A DNA stretch of 64,000 nt, from positions 478,018 to 542,017 of the forward strand of contig JAKMXF010000332.1 of the NCBI GenBank assembly GCA_024704765.1, written 5' to 3'. The DNA comes from Oopsacas minuta (lineage: Eukaryota > Animalia > Porifera). The notes below the pieces were generated by a model that had not been told where the DNA came from, searched no databases, and worked only from the letters and a program-made list of their open reading frames with translations. This document shows, in pieces, positions 1 through 12,919 of the stretch. Each line of letters starts with the position of its first letter. Position 1 is the stretch's first letter. The position numbers and the translations under genes are program-made.

Positions 1-1496
1 AATTTCCATAAGAGAAACTTGTAACTGCCAGATTCAAATTCATCTTAATTGGTTACCACATGTTATCCGGTGATAGCAGGTCTCTATATAAATTTTAAGA
101 TTCCAACAATTCGTTAAGATACTTCCCAAAATACTTGTGACTCAATTTCCTTTAAGCATTAAAATATCAGATCGTTTAGACGGTTCTGGTGCTCACCAAG
201 TCAATAACCAAATCAGGAAAGTCCCACAATCAATACTAAAAAATTTCCTCTTATTCGCCCTTACGATTCTCTCTATTCCAGATTGCTCTAACCGTAAAAT
301 CTCGGTAAACCCAACTTCAAATTCTTGTTTTCAGATTCGACCTATCGCATTGTTGGCTATGAAAGAAAACGAAGAGTATGTCAAACATCTATTGGATTCC
401 TATATAAATCCGGAAACAAAATTGATAGCACAACAAAGATTTGAGTTAGAACAAAGTGGGACGATTAGAGATAATGTCCCGGCACTATATTCAATGGAAA
501 ATGTCAGGCATTCTTACAGGTGCAGCAGGTGCAAAATGTCAACTGTGTAAAGCTACATACGATCAAATACATGTTCTAGAATTTGTTGAATCTGGCTTGC
601 ACATCAACCGAACTATTTCAGTAGCCAAAGAGATATTTTCTCAAGTTAACACAGAAGAACATTTATTACTTCCACATTCACAAAGATTTAGCTTAACACA
701 TGAGCCCATTTCCGATTTAGACTTTATTTCTGTTCTCCCCTTAACCCTTACACTAATGTTTTCCGCTGGTTCATCTTACTTATTTATCATCTGCATTCAG
801 GGTCGAAAAATGGTTACCAACGTGTGCTAAAGTGAAATATTCCTAAAAATTTGTAACAAGTTTTTTTGAAAGAGAAACTGGTATGATAATAGATCAACCT
901 TCAAGTTCAGGAGGAACCACTTCCGCTGGTAATATCGACGAAGTTGCTTTGAGAATAAAGAAATTTAATTTGCAGGATTACATCTTTAGTTCAATATCAA
1001 TTTCGCGATTCTTTGGAACTAACACACCATTCACTCTGTCATTTGACGTATCTATGGCTGTGTCAAAGAAATAGATACAGAACAACTTGACCATGTTTGC
1101 CGTGATACGTATGTGTTTATATTAACCCAGTTTCCGTGGGTTAACATTAGTCCATCAATAGATAAACTGTTATCTCATAGCACGGAATTGATTCAAGAAA
1201 GTAACAATGGATGCGGTTTGAAAAATCTTTAAGAAGAGGGACTTGAATTTTGCAATAAGTTCATTAGCATGTACCGTGAGCATCTAGCTTGTAAAAATTC
1301 ATTTACCTCCAATACGAGGGACATCATAGTGCGTCTTCTCTCCCAAAGTGATCCTATGCTCAATACCTTTCGAAATGTGGTAAAATGCAAGAAGTGTGGG
1401 GAAGTGAGCTACAATTACAAACTGAATTGCAAAACTACTAGTGCATTAGAACAAGATCAATTATTCAACTCATTAGTCCTTGAATATAGTTCTTAA
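1..1496 (+). pseudogene. Degraded Transib/RAG1-like transposase (copy 1, truncated by window edge)
   Basis: Fragmented ORFs 137-550, 456-830, 883-1074 and 1269-1496 give RAG1-core motifs in order: ISDRLDGSGAH (first catalytic D), NSCFQIRPIALLAMKENEE, GKMSGILTGAAGAKCQLC (Zn CxxC), GGTTSAGN, and ..EFCNKFI-MYREHLACKNSF..DIIVRLLSQSDP. Multiple frameshifts and stops. Confidence 0.85.
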
Positions 1497-2404
1497 GGCG
1501 TTCTAAAGTTTGTATTCGTCATTTGTTAATTGAACTATTACCATTAGAAAATATAATTAATAGTTATAGTGATGACGTCATAAAACATGAAATAGAAGCC
1601 GTATATAAATCTTGGGTATACAAATCTGTTTGGAAGGGTCTCTATCACATATGTAACTAATACATTGGCTATGGCTAGGAACAACGGAAATGCCTATTTC
1701 CGCTTGATCGGTCTAACGTGGTGTTTTAACATTTTGCCATTCCATTGCATCTACAACGAGAATGTGGGGTTTAATTAAAGCTCTCAAGACTCAAACCAAT
1801 TGTTGCATCCTTCCAGTTTGTAAATCCAAGATGAATGAAAGAAATTTTTTTTCGGTCAATTTTATCTTTCATTTAGATAAGTCATGACTGTAATATAAGA
1901 ATACTCAACAGTCTTTAGACAAGAATAAACACAATCTATCTCAGGACACGTATCAAACCATTCAAATAACAATGATCTTTTCGTGATAGAATCCTTTCGA
2001 AATATTCTGAATGGGAAATTTATTAATAATGTGATTGTTCGAAAATCCAATAATGTGACAATGAGGTCATAATTTCGTCATGTGTGAATTTTTGTCCAAG
2101 ACTCGAACTAGTCCGAGCCTGGTCCAAAATACCTCGGTATACCAAAAATGTACCCTAGTTCTCCAGTTTCTTCGACAGTGATAATCCTGGGTCTTTCAAA
2201 ACGGACACTCCAAGAAGCGGACAACCCCTTCCCTACAACGCACAAACCTCGTGACACCAATTGAATTTGCCAAGCATGTAATCTATAATTAGGCTATCTC
2301 CGAGGAGCGGACAATTCTCTACAACAGACAGATAAAATGTACCCAACGTGTATGTCATTCTGAAACTCCATTGTATATATATTTATATATATGCATATTG
2401 TGTT

Positions 2405-3420
2405 CCTTTATCTTGGATAAAGGGACACCTAATTTCAAAACAAGTCCCTTTAACTGTCACATTTTGAAGTTGCCGGAAATTGGCCTGATAGCTAGCAATG
2501 AGTTTTTGTGTCCCCTTAAGTTGGATAAGGGGATACCTAATTTCCAAACAAGTCCCTTTTCAGTCACATTTTGAAGAGCCTGAATTGACTTGATCATAAG
2601 CAATTACAAACTGTCTCCCCCTTATCTTGGATAAGGGGCCATCTAATTCCAAAACAAGTCGCATTTCTGACCAAATTTTGAGGTAGTCTGCAGTGGCGTA
2701 GCTGGGTATTTGTTTACGGTTGTGTACTATGGTCCGGGTAATGGTGAATTGTATTGGACAATTAAGTAATTAATTGTAAGGTAGCTCTACAAATTGATTG
2801 TATAATTGTTTCATTATCTGTCTCAAACAATTCAGAGATTAAATATACTAAATATGCGGTACAATTTTACTAATAATTCCTACGATAGTCAGAAATTATG
2901 CGAATGATGTATACTACCTTGGCTATGCCTCTGTGTTGTTGGAAATAGATACGATCGCTAGCAATTACAAACTGTGTCCCCTTACCTTGGATAAGGGGAC
3001 ATCAAATTACAAAAAGTCTCTTTGCTGACCAAATTTTGAGGTTGTCTGCAGTGGCGTGGCTATGTATTGGTTTATGATTGTGCACTGTGGTCCGGGTAGT
3101 GGTGAATTGTATTGGAGGCATAGCAAAGGTGGTGCGCATCATTTGCACATTTCAGACTAACGTAGGATGAAATGAGTAAAATGGTATCGGATATTCAATA
3201 TATTTATCTCTGAATGGTGTGAGATAGATGTGAAACAATTGTACAATCAATTTGTGGAGCTCCATGACAAATGACTATTTAATTACCTGTGTTGTCAGAA
3301 ATCGATATAATTGCTATCAATTATAAACTATCTCCCCTTTACTTAGATAAGGGGACACAAAATTTCAAGACAAGCCCCTTACTTCGACAAATTTTGATGT
3401 TTTTCGGAAATCAGCTTGAT
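2405..3420. repeat. Degenerate tandem array, ~108-bp unit (TTGGATAAGGGGACAC core), 5 units
   Basis: Core recurs near 2412, 2521, 2628, 2988 and 3343. The two longer intervals each contain a ~245-bp insert starting CAGTGGCGT (2691 and ~3050). Confidence 0.8.
2691..2933. mobile_element. hAT-type MITE inside array unit (paralogue at ~3050-3289)
   Basis: Ends CAGTGGCGTAGC / GGCTATGCCTCTG, with a degenerate 8-bp GTTGTC-like duplication on the flanks. Confidence 0.55.
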
Positions 3421-3916
3421 CGCACAGCATGTTTCATAAGTTTACATCAGTTCAAGCCATTACCGATCTATATAGTATGCGCCCATTAGGAAACATTCCT
3501 ACTAGGTATGTTATAATTTTAACGCAAACATATTTTACTATAAAGTCTATACATGTCTCTTAATCTATGAATTTTATCAATATATTCACTTTACGGATGG
3601 ATAGAAGTCGTACAACATCCATGTCATTAGGAGCATGGATGCTGTACTACTTCCGTACGTCTGTCCGTTCGAGGGATCCTTCAAAATATGTTAGTCATGA
3701 TTGACATCAGATTTGGCACATTCCAAATTTTCCTAGAGATTAACCCACCTGTTAGTCAGGGGTAATCGGGAACCTAAAATATCATTCAAATATTTCAAAA
3801 GCATAGACACGTTTTCCATATGACTAAACATATTTTCACATCTGAAGTTTATTATTGAATTGTAATGTGAATTGTTTCATATATTCGGAGCATCACTTAG
3901 GGTCATTCTTCAAAAT

Positions 3917-4190
3917 TCTGTATATATCAAGTAGTATGTCTGTGTTCGTGTTTGTATATGTGTTTCATCACATCTCCTCGGAGATGGCTGGACCGTTGTT
4001 TTGCAGGATACACTTTGGTCACCTATTATGAATAAGGAGTATTTAGAGATCGGATGATGTGATCAAAAGGTATGTGATTTTTTCAACACGTCTTTCAATC
4101 AAATCAATGCATTATATTTGATATTAAATTAGCCAATCATATTATACTTTGTATTTTGCTGAATCACCGAGCATAACAGCATACTAACCC
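3917..4190 (+). mobile_element. Possible non-autonomous Helitron-like relic
   Basis: TCTGTATATAT start followed by GTGTTCGTGTTTGTATATG..ATCTCCTCGGAGATGGCTGGACCG, resembling non-autonomous Helitron 5' ends. The 3' hairpin/CTRR is not clearly preserved. Confidence 0.3.
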
Positions 4191-4812
4191 ATTGGGATAC
4201 AGTTTCTACAGGTTATTCACAATAGATTGTAGCTGTCCAATATAATATCCGCCGTTGCGCTACTAAACAAATCAGATTTGTTGTTGTACACGTGGTTACA
4301 TACACCTTATAACATGTCCTGATATTGTTACTATCGTGGGGGTCCGCGATACAAAGGTAGTTCATTTAAATGAGGTATAATGAATGTTAGGGGAGGCTTC
4401 GGTATTTCAGCTATCAATATCAATTTTCGGAGTAAGGCTCGGACCCTAAAAGTAATTTAGGGAGGGTAAATTATCAAATTCTTTATACACTGAGATTTTA
4501 TCGTTCGCATAGTAATTGTGAACAAAAATAATTTCGGCACAGTAAATGAGCTCAAGATTCTTCACCAAGTATATTTATTAATCAAGCGACTACTCATATA
4601 TGGCCTATTATAGCTATAAGTGATGATCTTGCTATTCACATATAAATGGGAAAAATACTGGAAGAATTCACAAATTTTATTCCAATATGTTAGGAGCTAA
4701 TTTATTCCTGAAGATTTATGAAAAATAAAATGCAAAAATTGGACAACTTTAGGTATTTGAAGAATATTAGATTATTTCCAGATTTAATAATTGAAATTTG
4801 AGTGAAGACAAA

Positions 4813-5330
4813 ATGGAGCGCCGTTACTGGTGCGCGCTCCTCAATTATATGAGCGACTCTCCAGTTTCGTTTCCTTATTTCACGAAAGAGCGACTCCAGC
4901 CTCCGCTCCCCAAAGTTTGACCGTGGACCTAGAGCGCGTTCTTCTAATACTCTGCATATATGGACTACCATACGTAGACTTTGTGTCTTATACTGCCAGT
5001 ATACGACACAAACTGTCCGAACGTGAAGATTATGAGAGGAAACAGATACTCTTGGGCTCAACTTAGCGATTGCAAAACTAGTACCAGAAGCAATACTAAA
5101 ATTTCCACCTGTTCTTTCAACGAGAGGAGATTCGTGCCAGAGGGAAAGCCATTGCAGAGAACGGATGGGTATACTAACATACTATCTAAAACGGAGGTGA
5201 CTGATGATAAAATAGGTAGAATACCCCTCAGTAGATAATATGGAAAGTGTTCCTTTAGCTAAACAGAAAGGGAAGCGTGCATCCCTCGTACGAAAAGAGC
5301 CAAATAGAATGGGCGAATGATCATAGTCCT
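4813..5330 (+). pseudogene. Fragmented coding-like sequence of unknown family
   Basis: Overlapping short ORFs (4830-5066, 4981-5238) in different frames and raised GC; no motif recognised. Confidence 0.3.
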
Positions 5331-5449
5331 CATGGGAGTCGGTAATCTGAATACAAATTATAAGAGAATACATATACAGCAATGAAGGATGGCTTCAATA
5401 AAAATCCCTATCCAACATCTACCGATGAGCAGCACCATTAGTGAGGTAT

Positions 5450-6580
5450 AAATGCGCGAATCAATTCTAATAGATTTTTGTTTAACTAATCAGATGAAAA
5501 GTCAGGTCAATAACTCCAGCGACTCAAAAAAACAATGTCCCTTGTCCTGACACACGCCCAAGGCGAGAAAACAAGAAATACACCCTATTGTGTGCTATTG
5601 AGAAAGATCATAGGTGTTACCGTTGATCACAGTCTTCTCGAATAAAACTTATCTGAGATGGCCCTACCAATCTCCATTTTGAATCTATACATGTGCTATA
5701 ACTGGTATTCAGTTGTTTATAACGTAGAACTAATTCGATTTTTCGTCTACTCACTTTGTTTATGGCACTACTTAACTAGTGTATCAGGAATTAGAGAAAA
5801 ATTGAGGCGTGGAGTCGAAGGTGATGGTATGTCTGATAGACTTGAAGAATGGTCACTATACCAGAATTCCAGATCAATGTTTTTTGAAATGTCTTCTGAA
5901 ATAGGAGCTTCATCCCTATCAGATGATACAATAGCATATTTAATGCTGGTTCAGTTTTCTTCTCTGGACTTGCTTATGATCTATCACGAAAGCTGTCTCT
6001 CTCGAAATTCTTCTCTTCAGAATCTCGGGTTTTTATGTATCTAATACACTTAATAAGCATTCGCGATTACTTTTCCTTACATTACAGAATGGGGTATGCC
6101 TTGGCCACCATTTAGGTTGTTTCTGGCTCTTTAAGTTTCGTTTTCTTCCTAAACGAGTAAAATGGTAAACCCAGAGAATACGTAGTACAAATAATTGGGC
6201 AATTAAATACGTATTACCAAACTTACAGATTGCTGTGTTATCCAACCGACCATCCGCCGAAGTGTTGAGGCATTCAATCTGTGATAGTTTTTTGTGATAA
6301 TTCTGCAAAATCTCTATCAATTTCTTGTTTTGCTAATGGACTTGCCTGGCTAGGTATGCCATATTTCGCTCTTAATTTTCCAGTACACTCCTTGAATGAA
6401 TATCCCCCAATGACATTCATTTTTCCATTCCAGGTGGATGTTGCACCTATTGCTTCGTCAGTGACCTCAGTAAATACATCTAGAGCACTTTGAAGGTGTT
6501 GTCTAGCATTTGCTTTAGTGACTCGTGGCATTGATAAATTAGTATAAAATTGGAGTGCGATTCGTAAGTTAGTAATTATT
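5450..6580 (-). pseudogene. Degraded gene with NRF1/Erect-wing-like DNA-binding domain
   Basis: ORFs 6274-6639 and 6033-6320 give HLQSALDVFTEV...GKMNVIGG and DG..ICKF..LIAQL..RLGRK..KQPKWWPRHTPFCNVRKS. These resemble NRF1 segments LRATLDEYTT and KPIWWPEDIPWANVRSD. Frameshifted. Confidence 0.5.
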
Positions 6581-8035
6581 ATTCCTCCTGTGGATATTTT
6601 ACTCGCATATATATATATTATTGATCCTCCTACGAACATGCTCTAGATCTGTGTAAATTTATATGAGCATGCTCTGTTAACTTTTGGTTACCTTGAATTT
6701 GAAGAAGGAATAAGCCCTTAAATATTCAAAAAAGGAATAAGAGCTAAAATAATTCTGAATTGGTAATCCAAACAGTGTACACTTTGCTGATATTGCCCGC
6801 CAAGATCAATCTAGGCAGATAATCCAAAAATGTCCTTTCCAAAACATTCTTCTTGGCTGTGCAGGGGGACATTTTATGTGGCAAAGGTTAATATATGTTG
6901 ATAACGGGAATAATATTGTGTTTCGTTTTGGGAAATATATATGGTGCTACTGGGTAACAAATGTTGCAATTGAAACATAAATCGTGCTATCGAGGCATCT
7001 AATACAAACGGTACATTTGTGGTGTCATTGTGCAATTATAGTAATAAAGGGACTTATAAAGTCTTTCGTTTTGTGAAATATATAGTGCTCTCGGAACATA
7101 AATGGAGCTATTGGGACATACGTATATGGTGATATGGGGAATACTAAGTGCTATATGGACAAACATCTACGGTACATACGGGACATAAAGTTTCTCCATT
7201 GGGATGCTAAGGGGCTATTTGGACATATAAGTGCAAATAGCACAGATAAGGCGCAGTGTTGTTGCTAAAGTGACAATATTTACTGGCTGTGCTCATCTGG
7301 TGCTCAATGTAATTGAAAATCAGGTGCTAATAGAACGAGTGCTCTGATTCTGTACAACTATATTACCAGAATCTGTCCTACCACCAAACTGTTCGGGATC
7401 TGTGTTTGATTAATCCGTGTTAGGAAACAGCGCAAAAAATACACAAAAAACAAACAAAAACAAACAAAACATACACCAAAAGCTGACACACACAATCTTC
7501 GGCATACGCAAGCACGTAAAAACAAACCCTCGGATCAAATAAGAAGATAGATAATACGAATAAAACTCTCAGATCCATAAGGTAGCAAACTAAAATCCTA
7601 ATCCCCTCACAATGGTCTTGAAACGACTGATATTGGTAATAATAAACAACTCACAATATAGACATTTCAAGTGAATCTAATTTACCGTAGGAGGGATTCC
7701 GAACTCATGCGTAGGACAGATTCAGGTTTCCCATTGGAACGTATTAGTGCCATTGGAACATATAAGGTGATATTAGAACATATTTAGTACTATTCCGACA
7801 TAACAGATGCTAACGCGACATTAATGGTGTTATTGTGACATCATAGTGCTGGCGGGACTTATTAGGTACTTCATTTATGTGAATATATTGTGCTATCGTA
7901 ACATATGCATTTCTATCAGGACACATAAGTTGCTATCCGAAAATTGATGGTTATATTTGTCCATTTGATGAAGTGTCCCGCAAACTTCTTCTTTTCGGCC
8001 GCATGTGGCGGCAAGGTCACTATTTGCGGTCGGAA

Positions 8036-9041
8036 CAGGTTTTGATTCAAGTAAAATTGTATTTAATTAAGTACAGTTTCCTGAATACTTGTACATGTAA
8101 TTAAGTACATTGCTTAAGTATTTGAAATTTGAAGTACTTTTCTAGGACAGCCACTTTTCATTGGTCATCAAACTCAATTACGCATTCTTACTAAAAAATA
8201 GCATGTCAAGTATTGAATCAAATTGTAACACATTTAGGTTTCTCTACAATTGTCATTATATGCAATCAATGTACAACCACATATATGCTGTACTAATGTT
8301 CAGTCCAAAATTGTTTTTATAATACAGGTAAACCTCCGAGATATGGTATCAGTGGTAGAATTAGTGCCGTATCCCAAAGTTTGCCGTATCTCGGAGGTTG
8401 CCGTTTCTCGGATGTTGCAGTATTTCAGAGGTTACTGTATCTCAGAGAATGCTATTATCCACCCTTAATATTGAATATACTTTATAGAACTATAAAACAT
8501 ACATATAATGATACTAATAAGTCTAATTGTGATTAAATATATCATTAGGTGTTGACTGCCTATCAAGGTTGCAATAACTGTCAACCTCCGGAATATGATA
8601 TTCATTGAGAGAATAATTATTGTGCCGTATCTGGATGTATTTAGCATTAAAACTTTTAATCAGGAGTTCATTTAATTACCCCATCTCAGAGGTTGTCACA
8701 TCTCGGTAGTGTTTTCTCTCAGAGGTTCGAAAGTACTATTTGTGTAGGAAAAAAATAATCATCGATGAAATAGGGTGATACCGTATCTCGGGTTTTGGGA
8801 CGTTTATCAGTAATTCGAACTAATCACATGTTTAGTATAAAGCTTCCGAAGAATATTAAACAGCTTTGATATATTTATCTAATCTTAGAAAAAATATATG
8901 AAATTGAATTTGTTAAAGTAATTACTTGTACTTGTAGCTATAATTAAGTACTTTAAACTTCATCTGTACTTGTACTTGAGTATTTGTGAAGTAATTGTAT
9001 TTGTACTTAGGTATTTGTAATAGTAGTTGAACCCAACAAAG
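8036..9041. mobile_element. Old hAT-type MITE with AAGTA/GTACTT subterminal repeats, containing a pogo-like MITE (~8325-8735)
   Basis: Degenerate ends CAGGTTTTGATTCAAGTA / GTAGTTGAACCCAAC, many GTACTTG repeats, and internal CCGTATCTCGGAGGTT repeats. TSD is poor. Confidence 0.4.
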
Positions 9042-11498
9042 AGCAGGAAAATCTTTCCACAGACGATAACTTTGATATAATACTTTGATTCAAGTTGTAC
9101 CATTAATTTTTGGAGTTTCTGTATAGTTCATTTCTATTCAGATCCTAGTAATTCAAACTGCATTGAATTGTAGTATTTCAATTCATTCAAATATAATTCC
9201 AATTTTATCAAATAATTCTGGTTTATAAGTAGTTCGTAGACCAGGCATACACATTCGGTGTGAATAATTCACTAACACATGTTGGCAATATGCAAGGAAA
9301 AACTTTGTCATTAATAACGACGAGACACACCTCTTGTTCGCGTTGCTTGGCTTTCGATAGCTTTGCGTCTATAGGAGCCGAGTAATTGAAAATGTAATAT
9401 TGAGATTCAGCATAGTAAATTACACTAATTAGCGATTGAGATCAAGTCGAATCTCTCCAAATTATATATTTCTGGATTTGATTTACTTTGTTCCATAAAT
9501 TTGAGACATGGAATGTTTGCGAAATTGTTTGGATTAAACATAGAAGAAAACGTACAAGTACCTTAGCAACGAACAACCAAAAAAGAAAAACAATAGTTAT
9601 TCAATAATAGATTTTATTGCTCCCCCGACAGATGTGTGAGTATAGAAATGGAAACTCTAAACGTTTGCGGAACATTGATTGATGATGTTTTGTGACTCTA
9701 TGGTCCCAAAGGAGATATATGGTGTTTCGTTTTTGGAAATATATGGCGCTCTTGGTACATTTATGGTGCTAATGTGACATCATAGGGCTAGCAGGACTTA
9801 TATCCTTTGAATATATGGAGCTATCGGAACATAGCCTATTGCACTTATCGTGATACATTAAGCTGCATTGGGACATATAAGGTACTAATGGTATATGTAA
9901 GGTGCTATCTAGACAAATTACGTGAAATTGGGTCATATTAGAAGCTAACGGAGCATGTATATGTCCCAATGGAACCATATATATCCAATATGCTACTTGC
10001 ATTGTATAATATCACCAAAACTGTCCAGTTATCCGAATACAAGCGAAGTGTTACATTGGTAACAAAAAGGAACTCGTTAATTTTAACACTTCGTTTTAAC
10101 CAATTCCAGCATTCCAATCAAGATTCAGCACCTTATTGAGATCATAAAATCACACATTTCCCGGACGTATTCGGTTAATAGAGAAAGCAGAGACGAAGTC
10201 TCTGCAATTTTGTTCCAAAAAGATTTCAAATGAAATCGGAAAAAATCTAATTATTCCATATTTAACTGGCTAATTGGGACTATTTTTGGTCGATTTCTAT
10301 TGAAAAATATTGGCCAAAATGATATTTTAATTGTGCTAGAAATTTATTAGAAATATAGTGTTGATATTTGTCACCGAAACTGTGGTCAGTGATAGAATGA
10401 AATTTCAAAATTGGGATACTGTCTGTATATAATTTGGATGTCATTAATTAAAGTTTGGCACACAACTAGGATTTTTATGTCTAAAATCGTAAAATTGGTA
10501 TAAATTTTAGTTATAAAGTTTTTAAAATTTCCTCAACCATTATTTTTAAATAATATTGATAAAATTAAGAGATTACTTAGTCTTTAAATCCGGGAAGCAA
10601 TTTCCATCAATCTGATGGGGCAAAGCTCTCTCTGATTTAAATGAGGACGGCCTGGATAGAGTTGCTTTACTATGTCAAGGTCGCAAAATGCAGCCTAAAA
10701 AGGCTACAAAAGACAGCTTCATAAACTGCAATATTTATTATTCCTCTTCTATAACTGAATACACCTGAAGTGTTTCGTTCGTAACAAAAAGGAACACGTT
10801 AATTTTACCACTTGGTTTTCACCAATTGTCGCACTCAAATAGAGATCTTCGTACCTTATTGACGTCATAAAATTACACATTTTCCCGGCTTTATTCGGTT
10901 AGAACATTATCTGTTCCGATGGCTATATTTATAGTCCGATAGCACCATATATTTCTCAAAACAAAGTTTCATATATGCCTGTTATCATAATTTAGTCACA
11001 AAGCACCATTAATGTCCCGTTAGCACGTTAGACTTCTTGATGACATCTATATGTATCAATAGTACCTTAGGTTTCATAGGAATGAAGTGTAATGTTTGTC
11101 CAGGTAGAACCATAATGTCACAATAGTACCATTAATTTCCCTTTATCATCATATTTGTCGCATTTTGCGAATCTAAACACAGGATATGTCCAGTTACCAC
11201 AATAATTTCACTTTAGGAGCATTAATCTCCTGTCACTACCTTTAATATCCCGATAGCACCTAATATTTCTCAAAAAGAGTACCGTATAAGTCCCACTAGC
11301 ACCAAAATGTCACAATAGCACCATTAATGTACCTTTTGAACCTAAGATGTCCACATGGAAATATGTACCATTCGCTCCATATATTCAGAAATCGATGCAT
11401 CAGAAAAGTCCCTTTAGTAACAATATGTCACAGTAGCATCATCTATGTCTCATCAGCACCTTGAAATTCCAATAACACTTAATATCTTCCATAGCACA

Positions 11499-12579
11499 GT
11501 GACCTTCGATATATAAGGCCATACCAATGAACATAATTTCATAGACCATGGGTTACTTCAGTCCATTAAATTTTTCAGGCAATGATAGTTTTACGATAAT
11601 AGAAATTGGTGCATTTGGCCCGAATAAACTTATTATCGTTAGTTAATGATTAGCACAAGCTATGTCATCCAACGAGTGCCAGGTCGAAATGACGTCATCT
11701 GATTGGTTCAAACGATATATATAGTGAAATTGTGCCATTTTCCGAGCTCTGTCAAATGATTAATATGTACCTCTTCCTCGACTCTAGAATTAACACAAAT
11801 AGATCAAAGGATGTTTCATACAAAATATCAAAAGATTTCCATAATAAAGTTCTAAGGTTCAAGGATTATAGTAGTAACCATGGATGACACATTTCTGCAA
11901 TTATTCATCTCTAACTTGACAACCTTTGATGTTGCCTAGTCATCTTGCAAACATTTCGTACATACCCGACTTCTCATACCCTGATAATACATTTTGATTA
12001 ATGTGTCCAAGGACTATTGCACAGTCATCAATAAAACCATATATGGTCATATTCAAATTTACATCATAATTGTTAGAGATATATCAACATATATTATCAA
12101 GGTATGGGAAGTTTGGTAAATACCTTTTGTTTGCGAGATAATTGGCCATAAGAATATAGGTTGTCAAGTCATAGGGGAATATTTGCAGAAATGTGTCATC
12201 AATGGTGACTACTAAAATTCTGGAACCTGAGAATTTTATCTTGGAAATCTTTTGATATATTGTATGGAAACATCCTTGGATCTATTGGTGTTAATTCTAG
12301 AGTCGAAGAAGCGATATATTTATCATTTGGCAGAGCTTGAGAAATGACGAATTATTCACACACCATATTCTCGTAAGCCAAACAGATGACGTCATTTCGA
12401 CCTGGGCCTCATCGGATGACATGGCTTGTGCATACTATTTACTAACAAAAATACATATATTCGGGTCAAAAAGCACCAATTTTGTATTATCATGATAATA
12501 TTATTGCCTATCAAATGTAATGGACTTCAAGTAATCCGTGGTTTCGAATAGTAGTAAGGACTTATATAACGAAGGTCAC
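11499..12579. mobile_element. Non-autonomous Mutator-like element with ~490-bp TIRs
   Basis: Ends GTGACCTTCG / CGAAGGTCAC; arms inverted over most of the element; flanks CCATAGCACA / GCATAGCACA (9/10 TSD). Confidence 0.8.
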
Positions 12580-12919
12580 GCATAGCACATATTTTCAAAA
12601 AAATATAGCACCATAATTTCCGTCACACTATTATGTTACAAAGCACCACTAATGTCCCGGTTAGACATGAGATGCCCCGCAAGCACTTAGAATTCCGTTA
12701 GCACCTTGTGTCCGATGGATATATATTTTTCAAATGGCATCTAACATATCAAAGAAACGAAGCTCAATTTATGTCACTTTAGCAGACTTGATTGCCAAAT
12801 AGCACCATTAATGAACTGTTAGCACTTTATGGGCCCCATAGCACAAAATATCGAGCGATAGTTCCTTAAGGTGCTAAGGGGACATAATGTTACATCTATG
12901 CCAGTAATGGGACCATTGT

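Larger units (their letters stand above)
6870..12900. repeat. Dispersed degenerate minisatellite (GGTGCTA/GGGACAT units)
   Basis: Forward-sense blocks at ~6900-7260, 7740-7960 and 9700-9990. Reverse-sense (TAGCACC/ATGTCCC) blocks at ~10930-11490, 12580-12900 and ~23380-23490. Confidence 0.6.

Noticed and set aside
2405-3420. CRISPR-like repeat-spacer array
   Set aside because: Eukaryotic context; whole units are homologous and degenerate, with no unique spacers or cas genes.
7366-7726. Short inverted repeat CC(A/T)GAATCTGTCCTAC around a CA-rich tract
   Set aside because: Probably a MITE, but no convincing TSD, so the superfamily cannot be assigned.
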